This document shows positions 37,881 to 50,499 of a stretch of DNA of 64,000 bases, piece by piece. Each line of letters begins with the position of its first letter. Position 1 is the first letter of the stretch. The notes under the pieces are model-generated. The model had not been told where the DNA came from, ran no database searches, and worked only from the letters and a program-made list of their open reading frames with translations. The stretch lies in NCBI GenBank assembly GCA_951406725.2, contig OX597819.1, forward strand, positions 114,948,001 through 115,012,000. The letters run 5' to 3'. A program made the position numbers and the translations under genes. The stretch comes from Octopus vulgaris. Its lineage: Eukaryota.

Positions 37881-38299
37881 GTAAGTGAATCTATGAAATA
37901 CCATAATGTACTGTTCAAGCTCGCTTTAGTATCGAATGATTTAAGAGAAAAGCAGTATTACGTGTATATAACTATTATTCATGAGACACATGACTCATCT
38001 TAACATTGTTTTGCTGGAATATGATAGTTTCGTTTCTCTTTCTTATGCTTTCATTTTCATTCAGAGTATTATCCATGGATATAACAAAGACTAAATCTAT
38101 CTTGTGTGTGTGTAAAGGTAAGATCCAAAGATCAAGGTGTAGGAAGTTAGTAAGCTTCAAGCAGTCCGTGGAAGGTATAAAAGGCAACTTTCAGGAAAAT
38201 TGTGGTTTATTGACGTAGAAGGTTGTAAATGTTTCCCATATCGAAGTTCGATACGCTGGGAAAAGTTATTTCATAGTTCACGGTTAGCAACTGGGGTTG

Positions 38300-40870
38300 G
38301 GGGAATTACAACCGTGTTTCGTGGTCTGCTACCACAACAGCTCCTTTATATGATCCAGTTAGCTCAAGACATCATCAGGAGGAACCACGTCCGGTTTCGG
38401 CCCCTACTCCTCTACCGTTTTGACGTGGTGGGGCCCCACCTTTTGGAGGTGTCTTCAGCTCTGGTATTGGGTGCATGTCTTCTTTCTTCTGTTCCCTAGC
38501 CTCTTCGATGTATCGTCAGCGAGTGTCAGCCGGTGACTGACTGACTTGTCAAATTTTTCTCTTTAAATACCTGCTGCTAGGCTACAGCAGGCAACCCCAG
38601 CAAGTTGTCACGTGACACTGTCTCACCTTAACTGACTAGTGAAGGCGCGTAGTTTTAGCCCGCGTATTCTCTAAACGACCGTCACCTGTCAGTCAGCGAA
38701 ACTGATTCAGTGTCAGCTTGTCTCACCTAGTGATGTTATTTCCCGCTGGCATGTTATGACTTTCAAGCCATTTTTGGTCTTCCCGCTTCAGCCACATGTA
38801 GAAGCTGGCTTTTTCGACCGCCTCCTGTGCTCTCATTAGTTTTCGCAGTTCGGAGCTAGAAAAAACAAATCTTCTTTTGAAAAGCGTTGTCATTTTCCTT
38901 TCAATGAAGCCTCTAGCCCCCACTGCCAGGTGATAATATTCGACATTCCATCCCTTTTCTCTGCATTCTTCGATTAGCTTTTCGTACCTCTTCTTTCGTT
39001 CCTCTGCATTGCCGATGTTCTCTTCCCAAGGTACTGTCAATTCTAGTAAAATTCCTATTCTCCGGTCTCTGTTTCATAGGACTAAATCTGGTCTTTTTGT
39101 TGTTTTTATTAATGGAAATATTACTTGTCGTTCCAAGTCCGTGGCCAGCTCCCAGTATCCCTTCCATCTTTCGTCTATATCGTATACTTTACTTGTAGGC
39201 CTGGTTTTATGTCCTTTTCCCTCCTTGTGGAAGTATACTTTCTTGCGCTTTTCTACTTTTGGGTACTCTCCCCTATTGTACCTCTCGATCTTCTCCTTGA
39301 GTGCTGCGCTTATGACGCCGAGGACTTGATTATGCCGCCATGTATATCTTTCTAGTGCTAGTCTGCAATTTGACTGAACATATGTAACCGTCACTTTCTC
39401 TCCGCATCTACACTCATCGGTTGTTTTTATGTTCCACCGGACTAAGTTCGCCGGTGAGGGTAGAACGTCGAAGCTAGACTTGATCAGGAAGGATGTTCTT
39501 GCTTGTTCCCAAGCCCAAAGTTCCTTCCATGATATTCTGCGGCTGATCACATATTCCTCCCATCTCAGGCACTGTCTCTGTTGACTGCATTGCACCAAAT
39601 GTACATTTCGCCTTTCTTCTTCCTCCTTTCTCACTTCGTATAACACTGCCTCTTTCATCTCTTTTATACTGCTCTTGCAAAATGGCCTGAAATTTTGCGA
39701 CCCTAAGCCGGTTCTTGCTTCTTGCGTTGCTCCGACTATATCTGTGTGCTTTTTTTTCCGATCGCCCTGTTTACTGCCTCTTCCGCCTTCCATTTCCTCC
39801 CTGTTCGTACATTTGGAGGGTTTTCCCAGATGCTCTGATCTTTTGAATACCTGAGCATCATTACTGTCCTTGCCTTTCCAACCTTATATTCTTAGGCGAT
39901 TGATGTTATTGGTAGTTGCAGCACAGGTTTTCCATATAGTGCAGTTATATTCAGTGGTTTCGGCAGACCAAGCCATTTTCTGATAAACACACTGCATCTT
40001 TGTTCCATCCTTTCTACTCTATTCGAGGCTATTTCGTACATTTGCAATGGCCTCATTATTCTTGGGTACAGCCCAAATTGCTGTATTCAACATTTGAATT
40101 TTCCCGGCAGCGTTGTTCTGTCAATTGCCTTTAATCCTTGTTCTACTAACTCGTGTGTTTCTTTCCCTTGCTTCTTATCATTTAATAAATCTCATTACCA
40201 TCTGCCGAGACTCTTTACTAGTTGTTCTTTCACCGTTGGTATGTCTTCACCTCCTATCCTGAATTTCACTTCTTCTTGCCTTCTTTCACGAAAGCCACGC
40301 TTCGATACTTTTTGTCTTTGAATTTCATCCTATCAGTTCGTCCAACCGCTCTAACGTTCCCTCTGCTGCTTCTCTACTTTCCGATAATATAGTTACGTCG
40401 TCCATTAAAGCCCTTAATGGTGTCTTTGTAACAGCTTTCTCACAGTTTGTAGATCTAAGTAACATTTCCATGACTAGCACGAATAAGATGACTGATATCG
40501 TGCATCCGGCTGCAATACCTATTTCAAGCCGTTGCCACTCCGTTGTGAACTTTCCTGCTGTAAATCTCATCCTCAGGTTGTCGTAGTACATAAGCTTTCG
40601 TTGAACATCTTTTGGAATCCAAAGAAGTCCATCGCTGTTTTTATTATTGCGTGCGGAACAGATCCATAAGCATTGGCAAAATCTAGCCAAACAATATACA
40701 GGTTTTTCTTCAGTTGTTTTGCACAGGTGATGGCGAATAAAAATTCAAATTTAGGGAATGTAGTAGATATAACTCGCAGGAGAATCACTCAAATCTCCTA
40801 CGAGTTAACATGGGATCCCTTGACGAAAATATAACCTTCATTTGACTAAGGTATCTTTGGCCAGACGATT
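38300..40870 (-). mobile_element. 5'-truncated HERO/NeSL-like non-LTR retrotransposon in intron 1 of gene B
   Basis: RT motifs WLDFANAYGSVPH, GIAAGCTISVILF and MDDVTIL. CRCGEK..SNC..RYTWRHNQVL. Restriction-like endonuclease RPDLVL..ELTVPWEEN..AVGARGF. Frameshifted. Confidence 0.88.
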
Positions 40871-41894
40871 AGCTAGCGGGGTACCCCTCGTTAGGGCAAT
40901 TACTACTTCTGAGATTCCGTTAGCTAGGAAACATATGCAGCCTGGATTTTGTCTACCTCCATTCCCTAAAGTTGGAGATATACATATCTATGCATAAGAT
41001 CCAGGTGAATAAAGAGAAACTAACAAAGTCATCATCTAACAGTATTATATGAAAATATTAAGAAATATCCAGAATATCAAATATCTGAATCACTTCAGAT
41101 ACATAAGCACTGAATGTAGCATTCGACTGCAATACGATTCCGTTGCAGTTTGCTTCTACTTGGATAAACTCATATTTTTATAATCAAAACACGAGAGGAT
41201 TAATTGGGCTTTTTAATGTTTCCATTGAACTATTGTAATATTGTTTCCAACCAACCAACATTTGTATTGTCTGTGTTAGAAGGCAGCATATCCTGAAATG
41301 CGCTTTATTGGCAAACGCAACGAGATATTTTTCATTAGTGCCAGTTATTACTGATTTATACCTTAATCTTTCTCTGTGGATCTAACCATTACCCAGTCAG
41401 ATTCCAGTCTATAAACACGACTGATGCTATCATAGCAATAATTACTCTTAAGCTCCCTTTCTTTTAATCTGCAGACACTATACGTTTGTGCGCACTAGCA
41501 GATAGATAATGTGCAATTTGGAGTATCACTAAGTGCTAACAGGAAATTAGAATATATAATACTGCAAACCACTCCTCTATAGTCACCAGAGAATTTTGCA
41601 ACATTATCGCCTCATTAGCGATGTACTAACCATACGAGATCTTAAAGGACTTATTCATAAAACGCACAGAACAGTCACACACATTTCTTAACGACAAAAT
41701 AAAAATGAGAGGTTTAAAGAATTATAACAACGTTGAACACCTTAATCCACCCAGTATTTGTTCTCCAAGCTGCATATATCCTTGCCGAACTTCGCTTGTA
41801 CCATTAGGAATTTAATAACCAAACTAAAGAGTGCAATCATCCATGCACATTTTCGAATAACTTCTCGTTTATATTAATATACGCGAGAGACAAG

Positions 41895-42095
41895 GCGGCA
41901 AACTAGCGGAAACATTAGCACGCCGGGTGAAATGCTTTATGTTCTGAGTTCAGATTCTTACGGGATCGACTTTCCTTTTCATCCTTTCGGAATCGATAAA
42001 ATGAGTACCAGTTGATAAAATAAGTACTGAGGTCGATGTAATCGACTTATCCCCACCTCCGAATTGCCACCCTTGTACCAAAATTTGAAACCAAT
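41895..42095 (+). mobile_element. SINE family II
   Basis: TTAGCACGCCGGGTGAAATG...CCTTTTCATCCTTTCGGAATCGATAAA. Confidence 0.8.
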
Positions 42096-44118
42096 ATACG
42101 AGGGACAGAAAGCAATATTGACGTTTATTTACCACATATCATTACGAACAAAATAAGTGATCACTTTTATCTGAGAGGAACCTACACTAGGATCAGTTTC
42201 ATTCTACGAGCCAACCTCAAATTGACTTACATATGCTGGCTATCATTGGAAGCACAATTTTCGGCAGACACTCCATAACTCTAGATTTAGGACACAGATG
42301 CTCTTCCTGATAGATTTTCGCCGCTGCTGATGTCTCACATTTTATCATCAACAGGATTTTCTAAGATTAAAATCAATTTCTTTTTGATGTTCATCATCGC
42401 CGTTTGCTTAACAAGTCGACTAACCTGAGTATTAATGGCAACCTCATAGCACTCAACTTGCAGCATTCACCTATACATATTCCAAACTTTAGACTGAATG
42501 TGCAAAGTTTCTCACCAAATTTCCCTCAAGCGTCTTGTATGGCAATAGTAACGCGGATGCTACAATACATGATGTCGGAAGCCTAAAGAAAATGAATTGT
42601 TTAAAATGACACTCTTAGTGATAAGAAGAGTCATAATCTAAATGACTAGTTTTATCTAAAACCCCCAAAGTAACAACACAAAGTTTTAATTAATTAAAAT
42701 TTAATTAGATATAGAATACAATGGAGCGAGTCCGATGTTTAGGAGTCGATCATAACTCTGAAAATGTTTCATCAGAGGAGTTGCTGGTTTTTCTCCTTGA
42801 TTCCTTTACAGTTGACATAAAGGACATATTTTCCCACACTTACTGTGAATCTGTATTTATCTACAATAAAGTAAATGACTTAACTATAGTTGATGTCTGC
42901 AGATCTCACGTATGTCTCCCCAGTGCTTCCAACTGTGCCGCATCTGAATCGAATCCTTCAGTCACTTATGCAATTCTGAAAACATAATTATGATGGACAC
43001 TTTCAACCTTTTCTGTGTAGATGAATTTACAAACGCTTTGAAATCATGAATTGCATCTCAACTGCAGACAAAGCAGCTGCAGAGTTGCTGTTTAAATTTA
43101 TCGATGGTTTTTTTTTCACATCTCAGTTTGTACTTTAACCGAAAATAACAGTAAAAATGTATTGTATCTAGTATCGCGGTCACTCTGAAACCAACCATAA
43201 TATCTCAATTAAGCAAACTTCACTTTAACCATAACACAGTACTCTACAATTGTATTTTCCAAAATACCAAAACTAAACCAACCAGACTCAACCCAGCATG
43301 TTCATTTGACAACATTGATCTGCACAAAGCAATTAAACATGATCTATCACTCGTCCATTGGATTTTTGCACATACTTTCTTAATCAAATAACAAAGTGTT
43401 AGAAGTTTGAAGACACAGTCATTAACACATGTTGAACAGATATTTCTGAAAAAACTGAAGAGAAAAAAAATAAGGAATAGGTTTCCAAGAGAGAAAAAAA
43501 AAACTCTCACCAGGAAAATCAAAAGATTAATTATAAAATTAGTTAAAATACTACCAGTAGTAGTACTCACAATAACAGCAGACGAGTACCAGTTCATTTA
43601 CAAGAAGTTAAAGACAAGAGTGGAAATGATGGGTATTATTATACCGTCAGATTACTCGGGAGTCAGAAATGGTTCGTCTGTGATCTGGACGGAGCAAGAG
43701 ATTGACAGGTTTCTCCGTATATGCGCTGATTACAAACGCACATTTAAATGCATATATTGATGCATACCATTTTCCCATGCTATCAATTAAAACAATTTTC
43801 TGTAGCATGACAGTACACTTGATTTAAAATACTTATATTGGCAAATACCTTGATGGTAGTGTCTTGAAGCTTCTTTTTAACGCATTTTTGTTCTGTTGTT
43901 TGAAGTTTTATCAGATAACAGGCACTCTGACATCACCTGAAGTGATCGTGCTAGTATGAACAGGAAGATACACATATATTATCCAAATATTTAAAAGTGT
44001 ACTTTGACAGATAAATTATTAGACTTACTCAAGAGGTACTCCTTTGTAGAAGTTATTTATTATCAATACTATGAAAAAAAAGCGAATACATTTTTCGTTT
44101 GTTTATTCTACTTTACAG

Positions 44119-44194
44119 ATGTGTATGCTTCTGAGAGCTTTGTTTTTTCTTCTACTTCCAATAATTGTTGTTGTGGTTTCATTTGGTCGTACAG
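44119..44194 (+). CDS. Gene B coding exon 1: signal peptide MCMLLRALFFLLLPIIVVVVSFGRT
   Basis: ctttacag|ATG ... ACAG|gtatgt. 76 nt, phase 1, with a hydrophobic core. Confidence 0.88.
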
Positions 44195-44753
44195 GTATGT
44201 TTCAGTATTCATAAATTACTGATTTTCTATTCATACCACTGAGTTGACTTTATAGGACACTGATATGCGCCCAGCTAATATTTAAAACCTTCCAAGAAAT
44301 TTCTCCGAATCTTACAGGAAATAAAGCTTAAACGCTTATTCAGTAAAGAAATAATTCACATTGTAATAGCCACATTTAACAGTCGCTTTCCAAAACATAA
44401 CTTTGCATAAAAGCATAATTACTAACGCATGTGTAGAATGGCTTCTTGGCGTACTTTTCTGGATTCAAGCAGTAGACATCTCTCTTATGTAAATAAGCAT
44501 TCTAGATTTCTTACATACAGTTGTGCTAAAAAAAAAGGGTTATATTGCAAACTTACAACAGATCAGTGACTATTTTTCTTTTATGTCCGTATTTAACAGA
44601 TGTTCCTCCTAAGTCAATATTCATAAGCCGCCCATATAATTTTTCTCAAAATATCTGTCAATTATTCTATACCTCGGGAACTTTCTTTTCAATTATGCCA
44701 TAGAATACTGCTTCACTCCTCACGTAAACAACGTTTTGATTTTTTTCTTACAG

Positions 44754-44876
44754 AATGTAATGGATGTTACGTAGCAGGAATGTGTATTTGTAATGGTACA
44801 ACAGGTGTATATAGAAGACTTTATACCTGTTTGAAAATAGAATGTGTTGGGGGCATAATCAAAGTTCTTCAAACTT
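44754..44876 (+). CDS. Gene B coding exon 2: ECNGCYVAGMCICNGTTGVYRRLYTCLKIECVGGIIKVLQT (6 Cys)
   Basis: ttttcttacag|AA ... ACTT|gtaagt. 123 nt, phase 1-1. Confidence 0.88.
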
Positions 44877-45125
44877 GTAAGTAAGACTGAAATATTCATG
44901 TCACATAATTCATCTCTCAAACTATTAGTTTTGTTTTTATATATAATTTCTTAAATACTTAATGTCTATTGCGATTTTAATTAATTTCGGAGCCTCGTGG
45001 AGCTTTAGGTGTTTTCGCTCAATAAACACACACAACGCCCGGTCTGGGAATCGAAACCGCGATCCTCCGACCGCGTGTCTGCTGCCCTAACCACTGAGTC
45101 ATTGCGCCTCCACATACATATATTC

Positions 45126-46359
45126 TAGATTGAGTCAAAAGTTTTGCAATATTTTTGTAACCTATTAGCTTTATTCGTCAAATTCCAACAAAAGGACCCT
45201 AACATTCAAATAGATGTTATCCTTGTTGCAGGGTCTTTTCTGACAGTTTTTGATCCCATGCTGATATTAGTTTCTGTCCTTCGTTAGGAAGAGCTTCTTC
45301 GCTGAAGCTTCCATCTCCTCTTGATCGATGAAGTATGACGAGCACAGGAAATGAGCTACAGATCGGAACAAGTAATAATCCGAGTGTGGCAGCAGTTCGA
45401 TTTTCTCAAGTTCCAGGAATTTATTTCGGGTCGTCTGAGACGTATGAGGTATTGCATTTTGTTGCTGCAGATGAACTTACTTTCTGGTAATAAATACCGG
45501 ATAGTGGCATAAACCGGCTCCAGCTGGTATGATTTTTTGGCTGGCATCAATAATTCGACCGTCCGGAATGAATTCGTAGCGAATTATACACTCATAATTC
45601 CCCCAGGCGCAGAGCATCACCTTCTGTTCGAAACTCATAATCTTGGTGACAGGTTCCGAAGCTAGCCCTTTTTTAACAACTGCCTATGTACGTTAGGATT
45701 GCGGAACAGCATACACTTTTCATCGCGTATTATTAAACTCTTGAGGAATTCAGATCACGCGGTTTTCCAGAAGTTCCTTGCAAATAACCACTGACGTTTG
45801 TGCTTGAGCTGGGATCAGTTTGTGAGACACAATTCTGCAGTCCCGGATACTTTTCCCCGAGCTCGTGAAGGTGACGGACCACTCTGGACTGTAAGATGTC
45901 GACCTCACCTGATACTCTCTGAGTGCTACTCGCCGGATTTGCCTCTATGATTTGAAGCAAGACTTCGGAATTCACGGTTTTAGGTCTACCCGACCTTGTC
46001 TATTGTCGAGGTTCTTGCAACCGAAGCGAAATTTCTTGAACCATCTTGTTACTGTGCAGTGAGCAACTGCGCCTTTACCTTTCACACGAGAAATGCGTAT
46101 GGCTGCTTTCGCGGCGTTATGGTCAAGTTCGATCTCTCCAAACAAAAGTTACCGAGTTAGTCTACGTTGCACGTTCATATCTGAGCAGCTTTCAAATCAC
46201 ACACGGAATGAAGCAATACACAAACGTGTTGGCGCACCAACTACCACGATACTACCAACCTCAGTAGGTACCTTCCACGGCTTGAACTGCTTAGGTCACA
46301 TGATATACACGCTGCAAACTAGCTCGTATGCAAATGTTGCAAAACTTTTGACTCACCCT
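45126..46359 (-). mobile_element. Decayed full-length mariner-like element (~1.23 kb) in a gene B intron
   Basis: TIRs TGAGTCAAAAGTTTTGCAA.ATTT / AAATGTTGCAAAACTTTTGACTCA. Transposase remnant IEANPASSTQRVSGEV...VVRHLHELG. Confidence 0.8.
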
Positions 46360-46446
46360 TGTGTGTATGTGTGTGTGTGTGTGTGTGTGTGTATGTATGC
46401 GTGTGTGTGCGTGTGTGTGTGTGTGTGTTTTGTGTGTGTATGTGTG

Positions 46447-46489
<43 letters not shown>

Positions 46490-46529
46490 GTGTGTGTGTG
46501 TGTGTGTGTGTGTGTTTATATATACATCA

Positions 46530-47060
46530 AATGCAGACGGTTGGCTGGATGGATCCTTAGAACTTTCAGAACGAGAGAACAGGAAATCATGATGGTCCTC
46601 TGGAGGACATCTGTCCTCGGCGGTTTAGATTACTGCTCCCAACTCTGGTCACCACACAGTGTAAAATTAACGATGGCTCTCGAAGAAATCCAGCGAATCA
46701 ACACAAAGGACTTTTACCAAACTTTGGCATTGACAGTTACACAAACAGCAGAACGGAACGCCACTGCACAGTTCCAAAAATCCTAATACTTCTATCAGGA
46801 TACAGGACCAGGTACTGCAACGGCTTGAGTTTCAAGGCCCACAGCTCTTTAGTATCCTCCCCAAAAAAAACTGAGAGACTTACATAGGGTGGATATAGGC
46901 GTCTTCAAAGCAAAACTGACTCTCCTCCTGTTAAAAGTTCCAGATGAACTTACTACGCAGCAAGAGATGCAGATGGGGGTTGCAACATCAAACTCCGTCA
47001 TTCAGCAAATGTCATATACTGGAGGAGGTTTCAAGTACTGAAAGTGTAGCAAAGCTAACC
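46530..47060 (+). mobile_element. LINE 3' fragment (CR1/L2-like)
   Basis: LDYCSQLWSPH...LEEIQR motif. Confidence 0.65.
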
Positions 47061-47302
47061 GCGGTGTCCCAGCATGACCGCTGCTCTCGAGCTGAAACTA
47101 GTAAAGAAAAACTAAAGACAATGTTACAGTCTGAAGGTTAACAGTCCGAGAGTCACTGTCTCCGCTCTTGTAAAGTATTAACTACAAAAGTACAATCACA
47201 GACACACACACGCACATACACCTGTATATATGTATGCTTGTATGTATGTACTCAGTTCGTATGTATGCGAGTCATAATTAAATTTTTGTTACCTTTTTTC
47301 AG

Positions 47303-47434
47303 ATTGCAGGGATAATGCAGGAAATTGCTTACACATTAATGCCGTACAATTTGGTGTTCTTGGTAATTTTTGTGTAAGATTTTCCTGCACGATACAGAAC
47401 AATATACCTAGATTATTCGTACATTTGGGTCTGG
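47303..47434 (+). CDS. Gene B coding exon 3: YCRDNAGNCLHINAVQFGVLGNFCVRFSCTIQNNIPRLFVHLGL (4 Cys)
   Basis: ccttttttcag|AT ... CTGG|gtaagt. 132 nt, phase 1-1. Confidence 0.9.
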
Positions 47435-47496
47435 GTAAGTAAACCTTATTATTTAGTAGTATATGCACAATACACACACACACATATATATATATG

Positions 47497-47528
<32 letters not shown>

Positions 47529-48236
47529 TGTATGTATGTACGTATGTATGTACGTATGTATGTATGTATGTATGTATGTATGTATGTATGTATGTATGAA
47601 TGTATGTATGTATGTATGTATGTATGTTATGTCAGGTCACTTTCGAGTGCTACTGGTAACATGTAACCCAGTACAACCTGTTGCATGGTCGGGTCGTCGG
47701 CGACTAAACCGGCAACCCCACCAAGCTTGCTTGATAAGGAGGGTGTTTATTGGACACCCTGTGGGATGAAAAACAAAACCCGTCAAATGGCGGAGGAACT
47801 CTTGAGAGTCAACGGCCATTCAATAAATGTCTTAAGGCTGTATCATGCGCGGGGACATAGAAATAATCGGACTGAATACCCGATCGCGCGGTTAAACCAT
47901 TGGGAGTGAAGGACTCCTAGCCTTTGTTAGGACATCCTTCTAGGAGAAGGTAACTCAGGTAACTGGGATAATTCCGACATAAAACCTGCGGCTCAGTGGT
48001 TACCGATGATGTTGACTTGTTCTTCTTTTCGGATTATGGCTGCTGTTGCTTAGTGAGTGGGATTGACTCAGTGCACAACCTTTCCTCACTTTAAAAAGAA
48101 ATCTTCTTGTACAGGCATTGCACGATAACAACATTGATTAAGCTTCGTGCAATGGCCATACTCGATAACGAGGGGGCAGCTACCACTATGTATGTATGTA
48201 TGTATGCAAGTATATATATGTATATATATATATATT

Positions 48237-48342
<106 letters not shown>

Positions 48343-48781
48343 TATCCATGTATATCCATAGATTGTAAGATGTAACGAATCAGTCTCTGCTATTATATTG
48401 ATTCATAATCTGAATTAATTGATACACGTTCCTGTGTACATATATCTTGTACAAACAATTTCTTTCGCTCATATTCATGATTTTCAAATATGTTTGATTT
48501 TATACTTCTTTTCATGAACCTCTCCTTTGATAATTGGATTTCGTGTTTCTATTCATCCTTAGCGAGCGATTACAAGCCAGCATCAACAATATACAATTGT
48601 CGAATTTCCAACCCATTGTACCAGAGATTCGTACACTAAATTTGTCTAAAATATCTTGTCTAGAGCTATGTCATTCGCTCTTGAGCTTATATTTTATCCT
48701 GATAAATTTCAGGAGATTCTTGACTAATGTTGCTTTCTCTGATGAATACGCTTAATATTTATTGGACGTTTTTCTTTCCAG

Positions 48782-48849
48782 GTTGTAAGTTAAAACATAT
48801 GTACGGAAGCTGGCGGAAATTTCCCACTGATGGACTGGAACAATGTTAA
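48782..48849 (+). CDS. Gene B last coding exon: GCKLKHMYGSWRKFPTDGLEQC-stop (2 Cys)
   Basis: tttctttccag|GT ... TGT TAA. 68 nt. AATAAA at 48849-48854 and again near 48896. Confidence 0.88.
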
Positions 48850-49305
48850 ATAAAATTCGGTGTTCTGTATTTTTAAGTGTTTATGTTGTCAATTAAATAA
48901 ATGCTAAAAACATGCAACAACATGGAGACCGTGTTTCATTGTATTACCTAAAACACTGCTTCTACTTATATAGAGATATCTAAAAATCCACAACTTCATT
49001 TATTTATTGGAATCGTTACTCATTCGATACTCCGATGCTTTTTTCATTTTTTTTTTTTTTTTTTGTTATCAAATTCGTACCCGTGGAAAAATGTAATAGC
49101 AACGTGTCGAAATAAATTAATATATTCTCTTCAATATTATTTTTCGTCTACATAAAAACTCATGAACATACTCTTTTATGAGCTCGTACATATACGCGTA
49201 CATACGTATATGTTGACTACTCAGATTATTTCTTTCACTTATCCTACATTGTTGACTGCTTAGATTATTTCTTTCGATTATCCCACAATAATCTGCTCCA
49301 AACTA

Positions 49306-49855
49306 TTGGGTTGACCGGAAAGTTCGTGCCGATTTATAGTAGCTTACCTTTCAACTTATTTTAGAACATGGTTGAGTCCATAAAATAGCATTTGACTACA
49401 CCTCCATTTAGAGCACAGTTTAAGCTATCTTTCGTGGAAGAAGGTTTATGTTCCTATAACCTGTGTTAATTCTGTAACCCTTTAAAATGGAAGATAAGCA
49501 AGTTCATTTTCGGCACTCGATGCTTTGGGAACAAGACAAAAATTGCTGCAGCTCGGCTGGGATGTGTTACCCCCCCCCCCCCATATTCACCAGATATTGC
49601 TCCTTCGGTCTCTGCAGAATAGTCTTAATGGTAAAAATTTCAATTCCTTGGATGACGTAAAAAGATACCTTGATGAATTCTTTCCCATGAAACCAGCTCA
49701 ATTCTGGGAAGAGGGTATTTTCAAGTTAAAGGAAAGATGGAGACGCACTGTGCAACAAAATGGTTCATATTTGGTAAATTAAAAATGTAATGGCAAGTAT
49801 CTATTGACCTTTTTCTTTCCTTTAAAAATCGGCACGAACTTTCCGGTCAACCCAA
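49306..49855 (+). mobile_element. Internally deleted mariner (550 bp)
   Basis: Perfect TIRs TTGGGTTGACCGGAAAGTTCGTGCCGATTT with TA flanks. MEDKQVHFRH is joined directly to TRQKLLQLGWDVL...FWEEGIFKLKERW. Confidence 0.92.
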
Positions 49856-50499
49856 TAAATAGCCAACTGCAATTTGTACAAGTCCACATTCTTGTGTTCG
49901 GAAATTCCGTGCAAAACTTACCAGACAGAAATACCAGAGCGGGTTAAATCATTTCTACTGTCAGATGCTCTCATACGGTTCCTGCATTCATCGTCTAAGA
50001 CGACATTCTGGTCATCTGGGTACAGGGCTTCTAGAAAAAAAACTATCACGGTTTGGAATGACTGATAAAGACGTAAGCCTCTCAATCGGCAAGCGAGAGC
50101 GTCTCAGAAATTTTGATCCCGCTAATGATCACTACATCTAAAACTAGTAATCTCATACACTTCACTATGTGACTTTTTTGTTTGCCATGCCGAATACAGG
50201 CCACGAGCATATCTACATTCCACTTTTTAATGCAATATGTTGTCTACCAAAAAGAATGGGGAAGTCACATACCTTGTGTAACTGATGGCGATTCAAAGAA
50301 TTTGGACTGTTTATCCTGTGAACCACGGAGATGTTCCTCGAGCATCTTTCTCTTAAGATTCCCTTAAAAATTCTTCACATTCCATGCATATTTTTTCAGT
50401 ACTTATGCGCGTACTTCTGGTGCCATGTGTACTGAAGATATCTATCATTGTTTCTAGGAGGAATTCATATATTACTTTACGGTCATGTTTTTTGCTAAA

